64,000 nucleotides of DNA. Origin: Acanthaster planci. Its lineage: Eukaryota. The notes beneath the pieces were generated by a model that was given only the letters and a program-made list of their open reading frames with translations, made no database searches and was not told the DNA's origin. This document shows, in pieces, positions 51,782 to 64,000 of the stretch. The translations under genes and the position numbers were made by a program. Where the stretch lies: positions 124,001 to 188,000 of the forward strand of contig NW_019091356.1 of NCBI RefSeq assembly GCF_001949145.1, read 5' to 3'. Each line of letters opens with the position of its first letter. Positions within the stretch are counted from its first letter, which is position 1.

Positions 51782-54377
51782 TACTCTTCGGGTTGACAGA
51801 CTTTATACTCTCAGACACTTTTACCCTGTATTTTTTAAAGGAATCAAACCTTTCGTACACACCTTTTTCTTCATTGCATGAAGTGACAATGACCTAATGT
51901 AACCACAAATTCTAGAATCCAAACAAACTAGAGAATACCCACAAAAGTTCCTCGTTCCGCTGTGTGAAATATTAGAACTGAGATGGCTCTTATAGTGTCT
52001 CTCGGCAAGAAGGGCTCCCTCTGTCGACAAGTTCTTTGTTTGCTTTCCCATCGATGTAGTACACAAAGAAACGAGCTTGGCCACAGGCCAAATCATTGTC
52101 CGTTCAATATTGTTAGTCCTATGGGCGCTACAGCATGGAGTAGGACACTAATAATTATCGTTGAGGTAATTAAGAAATTAAAATGTCAACAAAAAACTGC
52201 TATATATAATGCGATGCTTCTTATATTTTTCATTTTAAAAGCAATTTTTCAACTGTTTAATTCATGCATGCTATACATGGCCAATATATTAAATTATTTA
52301 AAAGAATAAACACATTTTGTAATGACTATACTAGATACATAATTAAATGCAAACTTTTGTTAGATACAACACCATTGCACTCAAACGCAATACTATATGT
52401 ACAGAATAGACTTTACAACTAATACAGATATCTTTCTATGTTTGTATGGAAACATTACGTAAAATATGAAATGCGTTGTATTATTTCAACTTCTAGGTGA
52501 TACATTGAGTGGTCCTTTAGATTATGTCAACCAGACTCCTATTTTCTCTAAACTCCTATTTTGTTCACTTGGTTTCAAGGAGACGTCTTGGCCCAAAACT
52601 CTAAGATCACGCATTCCCATCCAAAAATATACTACACATTCATATCACAGGCTAACATTTTGTTATTTGAACGTTTTTCAACGGAGACGTAGCTATGCCG
52701 GCGTACTTTTCCTTTCGTTCAACAATGCAACTTTCTGGTTTCCTGTACTGAAATTATGATTCAAAGGCCTAACTTGCGGCAACCCTACATGTGTTCGCAA
52801 GTTTCCATGTTAAGAAAGCAAAGCTGATGTCATTTCACCTACCCGATTAAAATCACGCAGGGTGTAGTGAATCATTTTGAAAAACGTTAACTATCATAAT
52901 AATGCAACGTTCAAGACCTGTGGCGCAAATACGTATCACACAAAAAGCCGATACGCCAACGAAAAGCAACATAAAACAACTACTCCTACTTCGAATACTT
53001 CACGCAAACCAGTGTTTCTATCTAGAATCAGTTTTGTGATACTCTTTGGTTTTGGCAACGATAAGTCGACCACTTTCCGGAAACTGCCATTCTCCTGTTT
53101 TTCACAGACATGTATGTCAAACATCTATAGTGTTTTTTGATCGTAGAAGAGCAATTAACGAAACTAAATTTACAAATGACACTACGCAAATCCAGATGTA
53201 CTAGGAACAATTCATAGATGTATAGGCTGACATCTGCTTATATGAATATCAAATCTACCTATATCCAAAAACACAGGTACAATATTAAGTACTGTTTACG
53301 TGGTTATAGTGCGAAAAGATTAAGTATTGCTTTCATGTTTTAAAACGATATTTACATACACAGTGACAATTCCATTATATATTTCTCAACGCGATACCTT
53401 GGTCACACATTTCCACTATTTTCTCTCAAATATTTGTGTATGGGGTTACAAAATTTGTATTGGAAAACCATTTTTAAAAAGAACTTTCTTGCAAAATATT
53501 ACAGAAAAAACGTTCAGGTGCAACTCTATCTGCTAGTTGTAAGTGGATTCGTATTAAGATCTAAATGTATTTGCCGCTTCAAAGTTTAAATTTCAGAGAG
53601 AAGAATTAATGCATCTTTCAATTTGGGGGCTAGAGATGTTTTAAACAAACAAAATATTCCTCACTCGGGGGAACTGGAAGCAACATAACCGTAAATGCAA
53701 ATGCACACATGTAGGTTAAGTGATGGGTATGCTTTTAAAAGTTAAAACAAACGACACTTATTTGCAATACAAAGCGAAAAATGCCATCCGTGCGCTGTCT
53801 CTTATAACAAAATCCAGTCATTTGCAAACATTTTTTTAGTAGAGATTGAACCCAGGTATGAAATCTACATTTGCTTGTGCTTGGGGATTATACTGCCAAA
53901 TTACCGTCCATTTTGTATCGTGAAATGATGGATTGAAGAACGACCGAACTTATTTTAACAATTAAGATGCACAACATAAAGCAATGCTACGATAATCCAC
54001 GCAATATCAATTCTAGACGGTGTCTGCCCATCTTTGGTTATAAACAAGATGCGCGGAGTGATACTAGAAGAGAATAATCACCTGTTCAGATTACTTCAAA
54101 TGGTTAAACAATAAAAAGTAGTAATGGAGACACCACAGTTCACAGTGCGGCATTCATCTTTTGGCTTTTTGTCGAGTAGTGCATAAATGTAGACAACGTT
54201 TGACACGTTTCAAAGGGCTTTTTATCAATTAAACAAAACAAAAATTGTGAAGTTCATAAAATTTGATGACGTTGAAGCCAATCTCAGTTCGTTACGGATA
54301 GCCACTGATTCAATATATAAACATATTATTACAAAATATTTTTCAAAATTCCTTATTTCTGTTAAGAAACGTAACTA

Positions 54378-54546
54378 AGGCGGGTTCATATGCAAACACG
54401 AAAGCAAAACTGTAACATCAATCAAATATTCGTACTGCGAATGGTCAAGCATTAATCACGTTTCAACTAAAACGCATCGCACAGGTAATATTTCTTGATG
54501 TTAACTTGGCTTCGCTTTCGCGTTCACCTGAAGTATGAACAGGCCT
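54378..54546. mobile_element. Old palindromic MITE (Harbinger/Tourist-like ends)
   Basis: AGGCGGGTTCATA ... TATGAACAGGCCT termini, with internal pairs CGAAAGC/GCTTTCG and AACATCAA..AAATATT/AATATTT.TTGATGTT. Confidence 0.6.
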
Positions 54547-57500
54547 CCAGGAGGTTAACAAATCACTAACATTTCAACAGAATTTATATTGGGGACTTTA
54601 CACTGTGAGTTGAGTTTAACTTCCAAATGCAACAGCTGGGAAGGTTGTTGAAAAAATCGAAATATCTCGTCCATCTTTATTAGCGATGAACTCTAAAGAT
54701 TTAGTTCACGGTATAGTATTTGCATAGCAGATTTACAGGACAGCACAAACGTCCTGTGAAGACGACAAATACTCAAGACATCGTTCACAAGAAATAGTAG
54801 CTTTACAGAAACGTCATTTTGTATGCACCTTGACCATGCTTACCAAATCTCTCAGATATTCCTTTATGTTATATAGTTCATAGTTCTTGGGATTTTTTGG
54901 CAAACAAAGTTTTACGTTAGGAAGTTGCTAGTATATGCGACAAGCTGTGTAAGCTTGCCATTAAAAATGCATCGTACGTACTGGAAGTTGTACAGTACCA
55001 AACAAAATACAGTGTCATTTGATTTTTCTCTAAGTTCAATGAAATGCCATGGTGTCTCATTTCACTAGTTGTTCACACAGAAAAGCAATACTAGGCCACA
55101 TTAGCACCAGCGGAACTGTCAAATTTACAATGAATTGTAAAGTAAACGCCACACCAATGACGATGCGGTGTACAACTCAGTACACGCACAAATCTAGTTA
55201 TAGTTTAGCAGGAAATGTTACCCTATCGCTATATACCCGTATCCTAAACTCTTGGGAAAAAATTACGGTACACCAGCACTATTACGTGGCCATACCACAC
55301 TCGTCACAAACACGACTGATTTCCAAGACGTGGTACATTTTTATTTTATTGCCTGGAGAGCAAAGTACATGTAGTCCATAAACCGGCTGGATATATCGAA
55401 AATTTTCCATGTCTCTATGATTCATACAATTATCGTTCCGTCGTTTTCACTGAACTTTTTTGTCCAGACAAAGCATTTGGTATTCACGAATGATCTCAGC
55501 TTTTCTATTAAATTTCAACGCGGAATCGACGGTTTTTGAACGTAGATGGTTTCCTGTGCCGTTTAAAATAACATACGGATATTTTCCTGACTTTTAATTA
55601 GAAACATCTAAAATGTTAATTCTTAAACTGTGAGTTCAATTAAAATTCTTTTGAAAACAGAAAGACCGGTTAAGCACATTCTCTATGATTGATGTCTTTG
55701 ATACTGCGTGACACACAAATCAAAATTAATTTAAGTACACAATGTTTAACGTCTTACAAATTACTACTGACCCAAGTCCCGATTGCAGGACTTCTCCGGT
55801 TGATCACAATGGAGAATTGTGTCCTCTGAAATTCTGTACAAACAAGAATACATACCGCTGCATAATGCTTATTGCGCTTGGAGAAATTGGACGGATTCTC
55901 TCCACCAATCAGAATGCAGGAAGACCGGTGATTTCTGACGATATTCTGTAGCCAAAGACGAGGAAAGTCAAAAAGACAAAACTTCCTTTAAGAACCAACA
56001 TGCAATCTCAAAGCTACAAAGTTTCATTCACAGTATTGAAGTTCTTCAATTAATGAAAAATATGAGTAAAATGTACTTGCTTGAAGATGATAACCTCAGC
56101 AATTGTAAATAATTTGTGCTCTACAGTCACCAATAGGCCAATTCTTATTGGTGCGTAAAACGCAGTACAATACCAAGTTGACGTGTAGATATCTTCACGA
56201 GATATCAATTTGCTCTACATAGAACAATGAGTTTTATTAACAGGTAACACAGAAAATGTCTTTAAAAAAACGCGGAAACAGGGCACGGAAACGTAAACTG
56301 GGAAGTTAAAGGTAAGTTTTTACCACTTTCTCTATTCGCCATTCTAAGCAGCCACAATATTTTGCAACCAGTTAACAAACTCAATCACTTTTTCTCGAAA
56401 TACAAAAGCCCTATTTGGTTGACTTCAGCCCAGATTGCTCTCAATAATCTGGACCACAATCGATAAAAAGTAACATCAATTAACAGCATTTTATTAAGTA
56501 TCAACTATTTATGCAACTAACGGAGCTCACAGATTGAGACCCTGAATCCTTTGCATTGTTGTGTGCAGCTCTTTTATTCACACATCGATGTACACAGTAA
56601 AGCATGCTTTTTAAAACGAGCTTAATCTAGACTAAGATTGTCCAGTTTACCAGTAAGTTTAACTGTAAAGTGTGAACCTAACTGCACTATAAATATGCTA
56701 GTTTAAAGCATCCCAAGATATCGCCTGCACTACGATGGTTATTTTTATATCGAGTCAAGGGAAAATAAAAACACGAGTCAGTAAATACAGAAATTGTTAA
56801 GTCAGTTACCAATTCCTAATGTGTAAGCCAAAGTCGTTTCCTTTACTAAACTAAAACTAATTGTTGTTTAAACAAATGTGTTTATTGCATTTTATGTTCG
56901 TTGTACAGAAATTAATACTTGGTATGTGCTAAAATATCCCCGTCACTAGAACGAACGACTGAGTACACAAGAAAAAATTGCTTTCGACTTTGGACAGGAT
57001 ATGTCTACATGGTCAGATGAAAATGTGTAACTTATACAGATTTGACTATACTGTGCTAGACTTTGAGTGTACTTAAAATCATAGAGCAAGGACCCATGTT
57101 AAAACATGACCAGGTCAACAGAAATAATTGAAACTACAACGTACATACTGGTCTCTTCACGTATCTTGATGAGATGCAAACAACCCTTCGGGTGATTATT
57201 TACTGATTGGGTATCCCGACACCCAATCCCTCCAAGCTCCCCCCCCCCGGAATACCATTCTGGAAGACGTTACACATAACCACGTGATGAAGCACATCCA
57301 TGATGTCATCCACTTGGCGCTAGATTCACTACATCACTAGACCAATATGACATTTACAAATGTTACTTGGTTTTATGTAATACTGTCACAGATGTTACAT
57401 AAGTTACATTAATTTTAAGCTAATATGATACACATAATTGTGCTAAAAATGGTTAATAAGTGCTACACAAGGAAGAATAAATATCATTTGTTAAAATAGC

Positions 57501-60500
57501 AAACCTAGAAAATCAAAGCTGGGGTTTCGTAGGCTGCAGACGGACTGGACACCGGTAGGAAAGTCCTCTATCGTCCAATATCAGCAAGATGCATTTCATT
57601 GTTACTTCCATTATGTTATTAAGGGTAAGCAATATAATTCAACATGAATTTAATAAGAACCAAAACGATGATCAGCGACACAAATAAACACCAACACTTA
57701 CGAGGCTAAGTACAATGGAATCAACATCTGTGAATTTGGACCAATGAATACACAGCTATATACATGACTTGTAGCGATGCTTAAATTACACAACCAAAAA
57801 AGCTTATCTGAAGAATCTTAATGTTCACTACTGTTGATTTACAGCACTTTACGTGTTTAAGTAGCTTTGAACTGGCCCAACATAATTTACATACAATGTC
57901 CGTTTGAACAAAATTGCCAAATAAAATGCTCCACATGTTCTTACAAGTACGCCTCCGTTAGATGCCAAGCTGTGGTAACTGCACGTATATAAAGGATAGG
58001 CCTAATGTGACTAGGTAAAGCTGCAAGATTCGATTATTGTCTGTTCTAAGGCCGAAGTACAAATTTCACTGGTCTCAGAAGAGTCGCATTTTAGGGTTGT
58101 CTACTACCACATTTCAGATGTACGGATCAATACACTAGTTATTTTGAGGTAGGCGCGCAACTTGTTCAAAGACAGAACAAGTTGACGATGCCAACAAGTG
58201 TCGCAGATTGCTGTAGTAGAATCAACTCCCACATTTCTTTGTACGAATCACTCCTGTACATGCTTGTCACTGGGCTATACAAAACAGTGTCCCGCAGAGT
58301 TTATCCAGTTATCGAAAAACAGCGTTAGCGAAGCAATATTTCAATATATTTAAATTACAGATTCCTTTTCACCTGAAACAATCTCTGGCAATCAAAATGT
58401 CCCTGTCTTTTACTCACTACCCGACACCAATAAATTAAACACGAAATTGGTTCACCCTGCATAACTTGTACACAATCACTGTACGCAAAATAAATCTGTG
58501 AACCTCTTCGTGCTAGACCGAGTTGATTGCCATAATTACATACAATTCAAGCGCACTCAAAACACTCGCTAAGCTGAAATTGTATTTGGCCCAGATAGCC
58601 ACCCAACTATAAAGTGATATGGAAGTGAATGAAAACGGAAGAATAATTGACAAAAGTAACATCTCTCAGATTTCTTAAAATGTTAAATACATTTTCTAAT
58701 ACAAGGGGTCTGAAAATTTGTTGATTTCTCACCGTGAAATGATAATAAAAATATTACAAGTTACCTTTTACTTTATTTTAAAATTATTTTTGTTAGTGGC
58801 AACGCCTTATCTTTAGGCGAAAGAATTTAGGAAGATAACTGAAACATATAACCTCACAGACAATGGCACAAGAAACACAACACATCAAACAGCGAGTTAT
58901 GATACAGAAATATAAATTAGCTCTGCCAATCTATTCATGGTAAAACTATTGAAATGCCAATTTTGGAAGTGGATCAATGGAAATGCTGTTACCATGTGAC
59001 ATGTCAAGTCACTTTCCTGAATTACTAAGCTATTCTTATTGAAAATGTTCATAACATTCTCTCTACACAAAATCAACGCGTGTCCAGATGCATGAACTAC
59101 ATGTTGAATTAAAAACCACCTGATACACAACAACTATGGAGTTTTTTTTTTAATTAAGCATATCATTTCCCAAAGAGAAGCTGTCATTCGTGTATTTCAA
59201 AACACTGCGAAGTTAACTCCTCGAAATTAAAAAAAACAAACAAATTTACACCCAGGCAGTCGAACCAAATTCCTATTTACGGTTACATCGCAGTGAACTG
59301 TGTCTTATACACACTGTCGTTAGTCTCGCTGTGATTAAGCAATCTTCAAATGAATATTGCCACTCAATGATGTTGCCGATGAAACCAATCAAAATGTTAA
59401 TCAGTGCATGCTATCTTCCCATTTCCATCTAACTTCGTGAAGCTAACAAAAACGGGCAATATAACCCAATGCTGTATATTACTAGATAACATGTAAAACT
59501 ATGGGCAGAAGTCTTCCAAAACTAATGACCTCTAAAACAAATATTGATATAAATGAATACGAGGCACAGACAAAAACTGCAATCACTTGTCAAAATAAGG
59601 ATGAAAACGACCATGCATGCAAAGGCAGAAGCCTTTTCAGTAAGCCTACTTGTAAAGACAGATAGCACGGTATCAAATCAAACCAATGCTGTTACGGTGT
59701 AACTCTACAGCTAACATTCATGCAACTTAAACACAACTGGATTCAAAATGACAACCAACTACAAATCATTCATTACATGCTAAGTAGGCTATATATCCGT
59801 TATGTTTTATGGATATTATCGCACCAAATCGTTTCTTTTTACAGCCTTACCTCTGCTGAATTTATACATAATTATGTCAAAAAAGTGGAAGATACCTTTG
59901 TTTCTACAGTCATGCCCCAAAATTTACATGTACCATACTACATTTCCAATACAAACTTCAACAATACTTGGCACACACCCCTAGTAAGCACACATGAGTC
60001 TTAATACGCAAGTCTGGAGTAAATTATTAATTTGGTGTGTTTCAACATTTGTGAAGAATGTCTGTGACCTTTGACATTATGGACGGAGGAAATTAAACCC
60101 TTCTACGACACGGTCTCATCTTTTAAGTGCTATTCAAAAGTTAACCTGAACACGATATCGAGCCAAATTACATCTCATTTGGAGCCTCTTTGATACACTG
60201 GAAGATTAACTATGGATTAGAATACTAAAATATGAATACCAAGATGCCAAAATAAACCCAAAAACTCAAGGGGAAAAGGGTGGAAATAAATTACAACTAT
60301 TTCTACATGATGAATCTGCGTGGTATAATACAGCAGCCATGCTTCTGTCACAGACTGTACACATCCACACACTACATAACATGCTGCAAAGAGACATCTG
60401 CAGGATCATGGCAAATATATGTAAGCGATGTAATGAGGATGTCAGCAAGTGGAAACTAATGTGATTTCGCTGGTTCACTCTCTTTTTCACTTTGCAAACA

Positions 60501-62195
60501 TGCATTCAAAAATAGGTTATAGTCCCCTTACAAATGACTGAACAAAGTCAACAATCAGAAAATCATTTTCAGTCTGATTTTTGTGTTGCTATTGTAATTT
60601 TAGTATACTACAAAGACTGAGATTAATCTCAAATCTAAATTAATACTAGCAACTTTCAAAACAATATCCATAGCTAGACTGTGGTATTCCACATGCCAAA
60701 AGCTCAGCCTAGTTAGAAAAACCTATCTATGAAACAAAAGTTGCTTTTCCTTGATTTCCTACCTTTCTAAGACAGAAAGTCTACCATCTAAATTCTCACC
60801 TGGTTCATGCCAAGTGACAAGACCATTTCATACGGTTAAATATCACACATAAGCTGTATTAATATTTTACTTAAAGCAAGCAACTGTCAGGAGTCTCACC
60901 AAAGACAGACTAAACCAAGACACAACACTCAACTTCTTCCTGAATTTTCAAATATGCTAAAACTTGTCCCTCAACCACTACAGAAAAAACATCATTCAAC
61001 GTGTATTAGGACAGTCAGTAGAACTTTTTATAACATTGTCACAAACAGCATTTTCTCAATGCATTTGTTAGCCTAAATGTTGATTTTATTTTGCTAAGAA
61101 GAACCAAGTGGAAGACTTGATTTGGTCAACATCACATTTTCACTTTCAAAGCTTCAAAGTTTTACATGAATCCTCAAAGCAACATGTACTGCATCCACTT
61201 ACAACCATTCACACAGCAATGAAGCAAAATCAAAACTGAGAAACTGATTTTCTGATTGTGTTCTAACAAGATAAACTCTGCATTTATGATTCAAATGAGT
61301 GTCAAGAACAAGATTTCCTTTTTTAAGATGAATTTCACTTCAGCAAATTAAATCTTAGAGTTCCTATGAAATTGAATCTCACAAACCTACCTTGGTGACA
61401 TCAGTAACCTCACTATTAGGTCATCATCATCTAGTCACAATGTAATAAGTTCTATCTCAACCAAAGTCCAATGAAAAAACATTTAATCATACTGATGCAC
61501 CGTCCCAGTATATAAAGACAAATTTAATTTTAATAGCAGTTCTTTAAAAAGTTGTTTTATGTAAGGCAGCTCCTTCCCTTCCCCTCCAAAAAAAAAATCA
61601 TTACGAAAGTTTGGATTTTTCTTTACTAGCAAGACACTTCAAAGTAACTGACAAACAGAAGGCTCCATGGCACCCTAGTGACAAAACTTCTGTTCATCCA
61701 CACTATATCAGAGTGCAAAGATGTGCAGTGGTGTACTTATTTCCAGTCAAAGTGTAAGTCTGTTACTGACTCACTGCTCCTTTTGTGCACCTACCAATTA
61801 TAACATGAAAATTTGATATGAATGCAATGTTAAATGCCCAGATGAACTTCGCCTTTGTGTCATGTACAACACATCCGTCTGTAACACACCATGTTTTCTA
61901 TACCAGCCAAAACAATATTCTAAGATGATGAAACAAATTGTCAAAGTAACCCCCACGCCCCCAACTTAATTCAAGACACTCGGACCAATGCTCGACATGG
62001 AAGTGCAATGTGAAACATCAATGTCGTCAAAAATGAAAAACTAAAGAAAATGCAAGCTTAACAAAGGCTTGTTTTCATAGTTATTCAAATAAAATAAAGT
62101 GCCAAAGTTGATGATGATCCCTTCATTAAAACAAAACAAAGAAAAAATAGCGTGAACCAGCGAAAAACAATAACAAAAAAACGTGCAGTGTGGAG

Positions 62196-62475
62196 TTAGT
62201 ATGGGGAGAATTTCTTAGCTCCAGCGACGGCGGCAACAGTGGCAGTGCGGATTTTGGTTGTGTAAGCATTGCTGGCCTGCTGTAGAGCATCCAAACTGAG
62301 TAACGGAACAGGTTTCATCAGTATGTTTGATAGAGGAGACATGTCTTGGGAGATTGTCGGCGAGGGTGCGGTATTCGGGGTCAGGGTGGTGGGTGATGAA
62401 GAGGTGGTGAATGAGGTCATCGAGGTCACAGACGGGTCAACAGTCACAGAGGTCTGGCTTTTGGCCGTCTCAAGG
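62196..62475 (-). CDS. Last coding exon of a poly(rC)-binding protein (PCBP3/4-like KH-domain RNA-binding protein); upstream exons lie beyond the window
   Basis: Strong acceptor (TTTTCCTTCCCTTTTTTCTCCATACAG) then LETAKSQ...PLSNILMKPVPLL...AYTTKIR...AKKFSPY*, matching the recalled human PCBP4 tail (CLETAKS...LSNFIGLKPMPFL...AYTAKM...RQKFSPY). Confidence 0.8.
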
Positions 62476-64000
62476 CTGTATGGAGAAAAAAGGGAAGGAA
62501 AATGACGGAAGGTTAGAGGGACGGGTAGGTGGTAGAAGGGAAAGGATTAGAAGACGGGATATGTTGGTTGATAAGGACGGTATGATGAGGTCAGAAAAGG
62601 GGGAATAAACACTGATCAGGACTCAGGACTTCAGAAATGGGTCACAATAATGAGGTGCTATATGAAGGACTGCCAAACTCAAATCATGGGATGTGTGGAT
62701 TAACAAAAGTATAGGAGATCAAACATTAAAGAAGCAATTTCTTTGATATACAACTCTTTGTGTAAAGCATCATGCTCATTATGCGTAGACAGTGGGTATA
62801 AATTTCCATTTTTAATCATGCCGAAAAAAGGATGGTCTGGAAGTGAAGTCATTTTTGGGATGGAAGGTACAAATAGAGAAGGGGAACATGGCAAGAACTC
62901 AAGTGAAGGATGCTCATGCAAGAAACATGAGTTGTAAAGGAGTCTGTGGAATAAAATGCAAAAGAGGGATCCCTCAAGATATCTGATAGAGGTGCCAAAC
63001 CATCAAGCTGGATTTCCATATGTCTGTGAATCTCTGATCTTAACTGTTATCTTCATTCAATGAGTCAGAGAAAGTTATGTCGCAGAAAAGGATACTGATT
63101 GCTGTAGCACTAGACATGAAAAATGGACCAACATTGCTGATGTTGTGTCACTCAAGGGTAAATTCCCAGTACTGTCACTTTAATTCACAACCCTATATGT
63201 TCATGTAACTCTTCCACTTGTTCCAAATTTTCAAATGAGAAAAATGTTTATAAACACTTGAACACTGTATGTTGGTGCTAAAAATGTTCTCTGAAACAAA
63301 ATGAATGTTTGAGATTATTGCTCAGACTGTTTCAGTTTAGTTTAATCGTAACAATGTCATTTGTTCATTCAATTTTTATACTGTCCTTCAATCTGACAGG
63401 CACAGAATTCCACAGACATTCTGGAAATCACTCAGGAAGCTCCTTCACCAAAGTTTGTTAATTGCTACATCACCCAAGAAATATAAGGTGTTTTAAAAAT
63501 TTCCAAGGAATTTGGACTAATTAATCATCCATTGGATCAAGCTACATGTACTCATACAAGTGTTTTTCATAAATGTTTTAAACTTGTTTTTATTGCCTGT
63601 TTTATGTCTCTCAACATCTGCAGGGCTTTCAACTCTGTACCAGTAAAAGTCACAAGCGAACAAATTTTTAAAAAGTAATGCACATGCAAAATAATGATGC
63701 ATCAAATACAAAAAGTTCCTGGACAGTAATCTTGACTGTCTCCCTATAAATATCCCTATTTATACCAAAACATTAGATTTTACCTTTACTTACAACAAAG
63801 AATCAGACATGTGTATGTGAAAGTACACCATGAGCAGACTGAAACTACTTAACACATAAAGGAAATAAAAACTGATCTATTTGATACAAATGGATGATGG
63901 ATGAAATTTTGCCAAAAACTATACATGAACGGCTAAATTCTATTTGTGAAAAATTCCAAGTAAACAAATGCATTAAGTGACGGTGAACAAGTTAAGCTGT

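Noticed and set aside
52400..60500. Scattered 60-110 aa ORFs
   Set aside because: No domains, exon chains or coding-like composition; consistent with UTR or intergenic DNA.

Overview
Eukaryotic, intron-rich, AT-rich genomic DNA from an invertebrate animal (probably an echinoderm or other invertebrate deuterostome; this is inferred from gene structure, repeat types and frequent TACATGTA/TAGGCCTA words, not proven). Left to right: the 3' part of ZNF830 (+), tail-to-tail with a complete molybdenum cofactor sulfurase gene (MOCOS, -); a tandem cluster of three divergent SLC5A5/6/8/12-like sodium:solute symporters (+; two complete 15-exon genes and a middle copy with only exons 1-4) interrupted by a small secreted CAP/PR-1-family gene (-); a repeat-rich segment (44-51 kb) with a Penelope-like inverted pseudo-LTR carrying a hammerhead-ribozyme motif, a LINE remnant and several MITEs; and the last coding exon of a PCBP (poly(rC)-binding protein) gene (-) with a PCBP4-type tail and possibly a ~10 kb 3' UTR containing nested long-range complementary segments. 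Most ORFs in the supplied track are spurious or single exons. Gene models were spliced by hand with GT-AG and phase checks and have no transcript support. No unambiguous new system was found; the best candidates are the hammerhead-bearing palindrome, the possible shared-3'-exon SLC5 arrangement, the PCBP 3' UTR duplexes and the stop-codon microexon.
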